Shown here: positions 54,453 to 60,428 of the stretch, in pieces
How positions within the stretch are numbered: the stretch's first letter is position 1
Layout of the letters: the number at the start of each line of letters is the position of its first letter
Assembly (NCBI GenBank): GCA_026395295.1
Contig: JAPLYZ010000010.1
Span: forward strand, 5,678-69,677
Length of the DNA stretch: 64,000 bases
Direction of reading: 5' to 3'
DNA from: Candidatus Staskawiczbacteria bacterium
Lineage (GTDB): Bacteria > Patescibacteriota > Minisyncoccia > Minisyncoccales > Staskawiczbacteraceae
Made by a program: the position numbers and the translations under genes
Notes under the pieces: model-generated
Database searches by the model: none
Told to the model about the DNA's origin: nothing
Seen by the model: the letters and a program-made list of their open reading frames with translations, nothing else

Positions 54453-55793
54453 CTAGCTGAGCGGAATCACATTGACCGCGCGCTCTTCCTGTTTCAGTCG
54501 CAACACGGCATATAGCGCAGGATTCCTGCCGGCAAGGATTTTCAGCGCGGCCAAAACAGCGAGCTTTGGATCAGCAACAACCATCAGAGGAACTTCGCTG
54601 GGCATGCGTAACGACGAGCTTGCATCCGCCGGATCAGGAATAGTGCTTATCACCGGCACCATGCTGTTCGCCGCACACGTTGGTCCCAAACCATTACTCC
54701 TGCCAACGTTTGTCACGATGACCGGGTCAGGCAGAGGCTTGGAATCACTCAAGCCTTTGCAACCAAACTCCAAATCCTGCAGCGTTAACAACGACTGCAT
54801 CGGCTTCTTGTGCGCAGAATTGACCAAGAAAGCTATTTGTACGCCATGCCGCCCCTGGGCGAAAGCCGAAAAAGCAGTCGCAAAAACTTCTGTATTGTCA
54901 TTGGGCGAACCGCTCCAAATAACCAGCGTTTGGTTGGGAATCCGAAAAAATCCGGTGAGAACCGCCGTCCGGCGAAGGATTTGTTCCATAACGGTAAGCC
55001 CTTCGTTCTCGCGATAAGCTTGCTTGGACAACTTCTGCCCGTCCTTCATCACACGCCACGAATCGGCATCAATGACATCACCGATGTATAGCTTGCCGTC
55101 AAGCCAGCCAAACTCAATCTTCCAGTCCAACAGATCGTAGCCAAGGATTTTCCACGCTTTCTCCACGACCAAAAATGCGTGAACGTTCATCGTGGCCATG
55201 CCCGCCATGACTTCCTTCCCGTTACCTCGCGGAAAAATCTCGGTGAGCAGGATCTTCAAAAACGGCTCTTGCGTCGCCAACGGAATGTGCGCGTTATAGA
55301 GCCATACCTCGCCGCCCACGACTTTCATATACGGGTCGTCGTAAGACTCACCGGGCTTGCTTCCCGGGAACTTGTGGCCGTTGAACCCGCAACCGTGAGT
55401 CTTCAGGTAAAATTCCGTCACAATGCTCGGAAATACCGTGCCGTTGGGAACGTGTGGGTTCCGTTGAAGGTAGGAGCCAGTCGCGACACGGCGCGCTACA
55501 ACTTCCAGTGGAAGCATTTCCAAACTCGGCGCCAAAAATTCTTTGGGACCGAGCTGTCTCGCGAATGCGACTGGCAAGCCGCATTGCTTGAGCAACGAGA
55601 AAACGTTGCAGGTAGTTGTGGTGGACAGCGCGGCTTTACCCTTGATAACATCGTGCTTTTCTCCATCGCCGGCCGTGATGTCATCCTTAGATTCTACGGC
55701 AACCATGTTCGGCGATTCAAGAACCTGCCAAATTATCTTGGTTTTGCCCTCTCCGAGCTGACTGCCCTTAGTGACTGTGTCTGATGTTGTCAT
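54453..55793 (-). CDS. purC-purE: Bifunctional SAICAR synthetase (N-terminal, PurC) / class II AIR carboxylase (C-terminal, PurE), PAICS-type fusion
   Basis: 446 aa. N-terminal LGEGKTKIIWQV, SKDDITAGDG, VARRVATGSYLQRNP, DADSWRV. C-terminal GSPND, NSAHKKP, GRSNGLGPTCAANSMVPVIS. High G+C. Confidence 0.8.
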   Translation of the reverse strand: MTTSDTVTKGSQLGEGKTKIIWQVLESPNMVAVESKDDITAGDGEKHDVIKGKAALSTTTTCNVFSLLKQCGLPVAFARQLGPKEFLAPSLEMLPLEVVARRVATGSYLQRNPHVPNGTVFPSIVTEFYLKTHGCGFNGHKFPGSKPGESYDDPYMKVVGGEVWLYNAHIPLATQEPFLKILLTEIFPRGNGKEVMAGMATMNVHAFLVVEKAWKILGYDLLDWKIEFGWLDGKLYIGDVIDADSWRVMKDGQKLSKQAYRENEGLTVMEQILRRTAVLTGFFRIPNQTLVIWSGSPNDNTEVFATAFSAFAQGRHGVQIAFLVNSAHKKPMQSLLTLQDLEFGCKGLSDSKPLPDPVIVTNVGRSNGLGPTCAANSMVPVISTIPDPADASSSLRMPSEVPLMVVADPKLAVLAALKILAGRNPALYAVLRLKQEERAVNVIPLS

Positions 55794-55915
55794 ACTGATT
55801 ATTACCTTCTTAATCGGCTCTACTGAGCCTTGTTTTCAACGAGCGTATCGCGATGCCTTGAAAAGGCACCTGATTATACAAGACTACAAAAATTTGCAAT
55901 TTCTGTCAACTTACT

Positions 55916-55926
55916 TGTCGCACAAT
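55916..55926 (-). repeat. ATTGTGCGACA 11-mer, copy 8
   Basis: Exact copy on the minus strand between the purB terminator and the purC-purE promoter region (TTGACA at 55909-55904). Confidence 0.95.
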
Positions 55927-55971
55927 AAAATACTCCTACCCTCCGACGCGTAGGAGCAAGGTATCGAGCAA

Positions 55972-56002
55972 TAAAAAAGTCTTGCCGGTAAAACCAGCAA
56001 GA
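55972..56002 (-). terminator. Terminator after purB
   Basis: On the minus strand: GTCTTGCTGG-ttttac-CGGCAAGAC, then TTTTTT. Confidence 0.75.
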
Positions 56003-56020
56003 CCTGCGTGCCAAAAGCAA

Positions 56021-57526
56021 CTACACTTTCGGAGGCGCTTCTCGAAAAAGAAGGACATGGTCGAAGAGAAAATCTTCGTTCCGAAGGCGATCCTCAACCG
56101 AGAAAACTCCTCGCCATTCGTTATCTTTTATCCCGGGGATGGCGAACAATTTCCTCAAGGCTCCATTCCATTTATCAACTTCCTCCTGCGTAGCATCAAG
56201 CTCCGGAACAACCGACAAGCTTGCGTTTGCAATAATTGCATCAATGGAACAGCGAATTGCGCTGTCTCCGAAAACACGCTCAATAAGCTCACGAGCTTCT
56301 TTTAAGGTTGCCGGTGGTTCCTTTCTGGCGTCCATTGCTGTCTTTGACGGATGGAACGCGTTGAACGAAGCAAGTTGCACAATGCGATAGGTCTCTTCCG
56401 CGCTAATGCCGTACGCAACCAAACGCGGTCTCAAAAAATTTTTCGCAGTGGCAGCCGCCCATGTTCCTTTGGTGTCCAGAATATCTTGAATCATGTTGTC
56501 TGGATAAACACGCAGACCCCCAATAACTTTTACGCAGACGGTTAGAGACCGCATTACCACATGGAAAAGATCTGGCCAAGCAACCCGCTCAACGCTGGAC
56601 TGTTCAATCGCCCTTTCTTCCCATGTACTGATATTCTGCATAATCATCGTCAAATATCCCAAAGCCATTCTTTCCATTCCCTCCAATTGCTCGCAGGAAA
56701 TGGTGTTCTTCTTGTGTGGCATCGCAGAGGAACCCTTCTGACTTTTACCGAAAGGCTCTTGGTAAATGGGACGCGGAGACCTTGCACCCAAACGGATGTC
56801 TACCCCAATCTTGGAAATAGCCACGACCAATGTTGCCAAAGCCGATGCCAATGGCACGTGGATCTGCCGGGGCAGAATCTGTGTTGCCCCAAAAAATGGC
56901 TTGAACCCCAGAAGAGCCAAAGCTTTCTCTTCTATTTCCGGAGTAATTTCGCCGTAGTTTCCCACGGCTCCGGAAAGCTTGGACATGTTTAGCCTCGCTG
57001 CTTCGTCCCTAACTCTGTTGCGGGCGAGAAAAATCTCCCTGTGCCACGTTAGACACCTCTTGCCGAATGTTTGGACTTCCGCGTGCTGACCGTGAGTAAT
57101 TGCCATCATCGGACAACGCCGGTATTTCAGGGCCAGCGTTGACAAAGCTTCCAGCAATTGCGTGCATTCTCCAACAACAATGTTTGCTGAATATTTGAGA
57201 AGCATAAGAAAGGCTGTTTCTTCCGTGTCGTAGGATGTCATTCCATCGTGGAAATGCCCCTGAAGTTCCGACGGCAAGAGTCTCACCCTTTCTTCAACCC
57301 ATGCCTGCAAATCATGGCCGATCTTTTCTTCCCGCTCTTTCCACCATTCTAAATAAACCTGAGTTGACCCCAGTATTCTGTTCACCTCCATAAAAACTGT
57401 TGGAGGAATAATGCCAAGCAGAGACCGCGCTTCAACCACAGCCAACTCCACTTTCTGCCAGGCATCAAGTTTTGTCCTGTCTTCCCAGATTTGAGCGATT
57501 ACTTTACTTCTATATCTTTCTATCAT
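56021..57526 (-). CDS. purB: Adenylosuccinate lyase
   Basis: 501 aa. Fumarate-lyase signature GSSAMPHKKNT. MTSYDTEETA, HGQHAEVQTFGKR. High G+C. Confidence 0.9.
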   Translation of the reverse strand: MIERYRSKVIAQIWEDRTKLDAWQKVELAVVEARSLLGIIPPTVFMEVNRILGSTQVYLEWWKEREEKIGHDLQAWVEERVRLLPSELQGHFHDGMTSYDTEETAFLMLLKYSANIVVGECTQLLEALSTLALKYRRCPMMAITHGQHAEVQTFGKRCLTWHREIFLARNRVRDEAARLNMSKLSGAVGNYGEITPEIEEKALALLGFKPFFGATQILPRQIHVPLASALATLVVAISKIGVDIRLGARSPRPIYQEPFGKSQKGSSAMPHKKNTISCEQLEGMERMALGYLTMIMQNISTWEERAIEQSSVERVAWPDLFHVVMRSLTVCVKVIGGLRVYPDNMIQDILDTKGTWAAATAKNFLRPRLVAYGISAEETYRIVQLASFNAFHPSKTAMDARKEPPATLKEARELIERVFGDSAIRCSIDAIIANASLSVVPELDATQEEVDKWNGALRKLFAIPGIKDNEWRGVFSVEDRLRNEDFLFDHVLLFREAPPKV

Positions 57527-57621
57527 ATTACAAGTGTCCTTCCATATTGTTAAATGTTGACAAAGTGCCGAAAACCCAAACTCGGGTTTGTAAGGTTATA
57601 TTACTAATTTTAAAAGTCTGG

Positions 57622-58419
57622 TCAAGTTTCTATACTAATCCAGCGCCATTTATTATACTGATCTTTATGAAATTCGTAATTTGAGTATCTATATTTTTTT
57701 ATTAACCCCTCTATCTTTTTTTTCTGCGGAGGAACCTGTGGTGAGCCCGTCGAACCATCAAATTCCATAAAAATTATGCCGTTAAGATTTAAATGATTTC
57801 TTGCATTTTTCAAAAACTTTCTAATATAAAAAAGCCCATCGCTGCCTCCGAATAAGGCTAGTTTAGGCTCAAAATTTAAAACCGAAACTTGAAGCTTGTT
57901 TCTATTTTTTTTTGGAATATATGGCGGGTTGGCAAAAATAAAGTCATACTTGCCCTCAACATTGCTAAAAATGTTTGACCGGATTATTTTGTATCTGGCG
58001 GGTTTTATTTTGTTTAAACTGCAATTTATTTTAATTTGCTCTATTGCCTTGTGGTTTTTTTCCGCAAAAAATACTTTCGCCTGCATGCCGGCAGGCAGGC
58101 GTTTTCTAAAATCTCTCAATATTGCTAAACCAATGCACCCCGAGCCGGCAAAAATGTCTAAAACAGAAAATCCGTGTTTTTTGCGGTCGCAAAAAACACG
58201 GCCTATTTCTTCAATTGCTTTTTCTACCCAAAATTCTGTTTCCTTCCGCGGAATCAAAGGCTTTTTGGACAAATCAATTTTGCAATTCAAAAACTCAATA
58301 AATCCAATTACATAATCTAAAGGCTCGCCGGCTTTCAACCTCTCTATATCCTTATAAAAATTTTTATTGGGCTTGCCAAAATATTTTTCTTTGAGAAGCC
58401 AGTTGATTTCTTTATCCAT
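57622..58419 (-). CDS. prmC: Release-factor glutamine N5-methyltransferase
   Basis: 265 aa. SAM motif [11 protein letters not shown] and FANPPYI (NPPY). Confidence 0.85.
   Translation of the reverse strand: MDKEINWLLKEKYFGKPNKNFYKDIERLKAGEPLDYVIGFIEFLNCKIDLSKKPLIPRKETEFWVEKAIEEIGRVFCDRKKHGFSVLDIFAGSGCIGLAILRDFRKRLPAGMQAKVFFAEKNHKAIEQIKINCSLNKIKPARYKIIRSNIFSNVEGKYDFIFANPPYIPKKNRNKLQVSVLNFEPKLALFGGSDGLFYIRKFLKNARNHLNLNGIIFMEFDGSTGSPQVPPQKKKIEGLIKKYRYSNYEFHKDQYNKWRWISIET
58172..58201. repeat. Palindromic unit with core TTTTTTGCGGTCGCAAAA, copy 2 (inside prmC)
   Basis: Perfect 14-bp arms CCGTGTTTTTTGCG-gt-CGCAAAAAACACGG. Translated as [11 protein letters not shown]. Confidence 0.85.
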
Positions 58420-58456
58420 ATTATATATCTTTTTACTCTATCAAAATTTTATCAAT

Positions 58457-58486
58457 AAAAAAAGTTCTGCGACAAAGTCGAAGAAC
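58457..58486 (-). terminator. Terminator after the small G+C-rich ORF
   Basis: On the minus strand: GTTCTTCGA-ctttg-TCGCAGAAC (one mismatch), then TTTTTTT. Confidence 0.55.
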
Positions 58487-58492
58487 ATGGAG

Positions 58493-58762
58493 TCACGGAA
58501 GAAGCGGAGCCGTCCTGAAAATCCTGGGATTGCTAAGATATACAAAGGCGAAAGGAAGCGTCTTTAATTGCGGATTGATTGCGCGAACAATATGGCCCGC
58601 CAGGATGACGCCGGTCATGTCGCCGTCGGGCGCAGCCTCCTTCTCGTCCAGTTGCACCTCCAGACCAACCCCGTTTTCTTCCGGAGCTTCCAGAAGCAAG
58701 GCTTTTGCAACTTCATCAGCCGAAAGTCCGTCGCACGGTACTACTTTTCCGTTAACATTCAT
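58493..58762 (-). CDS. Small G+C-rich orphan ORF
   Basis: 89 aa. Preceded by TTGACA-16-TATAAT, followed by a hairpin plus T-run. No Shine-Dalgarno and no motif, so coding status is uncertain. Confidence 0.3.
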   Translation of the reverse strand: MNVNGKVVPCDGLSADEVAKALLLEAPEENGVGLEVQLDEKEAAPDGDMTGVILAGHIVRAINPQLKTLPFAFVYLSNPRIFRTAPLLP

Positions 58763-58810
58763 AATTTAAAGGAGCTTAGTGTTCTAGAATAATCATTGTG
58801 ATTGCTTATT

Positions 58811-58838
58811 ATTATACTCCCTAAAAAGATAATGTCAA
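58811..58838 (-). promoter_or_regulatory. Sigma-70-type promoter of the small G+C-rich ORF
   Basis: On the minus strand: TTGACA (58838-58833), 16 nt, TATAAT (58816-58811). Confidence 0.55.
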
Positions 58839-58856
58839 CACCTCGAGCGCGCAACC

Positions 58857-58875
58857 AAAAACCCGCTTTCGCGGG
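58857..58875 (-). terminator. Terminator after rplU
   Basis: On the minus strand: CCCGC-gaaa-GCGGG, then TTTTT. Confidence 0.65.
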
Positions 58876-58908
58876 CCGAAGGTCCTGAGTTTTTCGAAGG
58901 ACTTTAAA

Positions 58909-59214
58909 TTACTTTATGCTGATTATTTCTATCTCGGTGTATGGCTGTCTGTGTCCTATCTTTCTGCTCTCTCTTTTCTTCGGTTTATATTTAAAAACAA
59001 TTATTTTATCTCCTTTTCCATGGCTCAAAATTTTCGCCTTAACTTCGGCTTTCACCAATGGAGTTCCAATTTCAACTTTTTTGTCGTTTTCAACCAGCAA
59101 AACATCGGAAAAAGAAATTTCTTCTCCCGCTTTCTTATCTAATTTTTCTACCTTTAATTTGTCCCCGGGTTTAACAATATATTGTTTCCCGCCGGTTTTG
59201 ATTACTGCAATCAT
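58909..59214 (-). CDS. rplU: 50S ribosomal protein L21
   Basis: MIAVIKTGGKQYIVKPGDKLKVEKL. Confidence 0.9.
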   Translation of the reverse strand: MIAVIKTGGKQYIVKPGDKLKVEKLDKKAGEEISFSDVLLVENDKKVEIGTPLVKAEVKAKILSHGKGDKIIVFKYKPKKRESRKIGHRQPYTEIEIISIK

Positions 59215-59229
59215 GTTTTAGAATTAAAA

Positions 59230-59344
59230 GCGAGCCAGTGAATTTTCAGCGTATTACAGGGCACAAAGTGCCTGTCGAAGCGAGTTTCCCGCGAAGCGGG
59301 ACACGAGCGTTAGCAGAAAATTTATTGGCGAGCGATTATAAAGG
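59230..59344 (+). repeat. MITE-like structured repeat, copy C
   Basis: About 115 bp, between rplU and rmuC. Same core, with divergent termini that still pair through G-T wobbles. Confidence 0.85.
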
Positions 59345-59366
59345 TAGTTTAGCAAAAAATTTGCTA

Positions 59367-60428
59367 TTAGTCAAGCATTGTTGGACGATTAACCTCGTCT
59401 ATTTCTATCTTTGACTCCCCTCCTGTTAGTTTTATGACATCCTTATCAACCTTGCCAAATTCTATTTTAGCCTTGTTAAAACTGCTAACTGTCGTATCTA
59501 AATGCTGGCCCAACCGGTTGAAATGCTCCGAATATGCAAACAAATGCTTGTTTAATCTCTCAACTTCTTTAATTATAGATTGAGCTTGCTCGGAAATTTT
59601 CTGATTTCTTAAACCCTGCAAAACCGTTTGCAAATATGCCAAAAAAGAAGTCGGCGAAACAACAATAACTTTTTTCTTTCCTGCGTAATAAATCAAGTTG
59701 TTTGTGTCCTCGGCAATAACTCCGACCTTGTTTATCAGCAAATCATAATAAACCGCCTCAGACGGAATAAACATAAAAGCAAAATCCATTGTCTTTTCTT
59801 CGGGCCTTACATATTTTGAGGTTTCATCAATTCTTAATTTCAAGTCATTTACAAAGGCAACTTCCAATCTCTTTTTTTCCGCAGGATCATTTGTCTGCAA
59901 CATCCTGTTATAATTATCCAAAGAAAATTTTGAATCAATAGGGATTATTCTTTTAGCTTGCGCTGAGCCCGCCGAAGCGTTCACAAAAACAACCGCGTCA
60001 ACAATTTCGCCATTGGAAAATGAGTATTGCATCTGGAAAGAAGCCGGTGGTAAAACATTTTTTAAAACTGTCTCCAAATAATACTCACCTAAAATACCGC
60101 GCTGTTTTGGATTTTTTAAAATGTCCTGTAAACTTTTTAGCTGGTCGGCAAATCCAACCACTTGTCTGTTTGTTTCGTCTAATTTGGTTAATTTCTCAGT
60201 TACGTTTCTGATGATATCTGCCGAGTGTTTGAATTGCTCCTGCACATTTTTGTTTGACTCTGAAAGCTTGCTGTCCACTGCCTGAGCAAGCTGGCCCAAT
60301 TGTTGTTGCAACATAAGCAAAGAGCCCTCGTTTTTATTCTCCAACTCCGGTTTTTTGCGCAGCAATAAAAAAATCGCCAGAACTACCCCGGCCGCAATTA
60401 TAATTAAAAGTGTTATTGTTAATTCCAT
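59367..60428 (-). CDS. rmuC: DNA recombination protein RmuC
   Basis: 353 aa. N-terminal TM, coiled coil, RGILGEYYLE, IPIDSKF, FMFIPSEAVY. Confidence 0.8.
   Translation of the reverse strand: MELTITLLIIIAAGVVLAIFLLLRKKPELENKNEGSLLMLQQQLGQLAQAVDSKLSESNKNVQEQFKHSADIIRNVTEKLTKLDETNRQVVGFADQLKSLQDILKNPKQRGILGEYYLETVLKNVLPPASFQMQYSFSNGEIVDAVVFVNASAGSAQAKRIIPIDSKFSLDNYNRMLQTNDPAEKKRLEVAFVNDLKLRIDETSKYVRPEEKTMDFAFMFIPSEAVYYDLLINKVGVIAEDTNNLIYYAGKKKVIVVSPTSFLAYLQTVLQGLRNQKISEQAQSIIKEVERLNKHLFAYSEHFNRLGQHLDTTVSSFNKAKIEFGKVDKDVIKLTGGESKIEIDEVNRPTMLD

Noticed and set aside
54472-56992. Plus-strand ORFs 54472-55017, 55179-55784, 55982-56305 and 56561-56992
   Set aside because: All are antisense to the purC-purE and purB genes, which carry strong family motifs. 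Their translations are Arg/Ser/Pro-rich and motif-less.
7239-58475. Partial or near matches to the 11-mer: ATTGTGaGCGACA at 7239 (1-nt insertion, coding), TTTGCGCGACAAT at 14362, TTTGCGACAAGG at 25533, GTGCGACA at 41012 (-), TGTCGTGCAAT at 47664 (-), TGCGACAA at 58468 (+), TGCGACATT at 51625 (+)
   Set aside because: 8- to 9-mers are expected by chance at roughly 0.5-2 per window. Some of these break the polarity rule. They were not counted as evidence for or against the exact-copy pattern.
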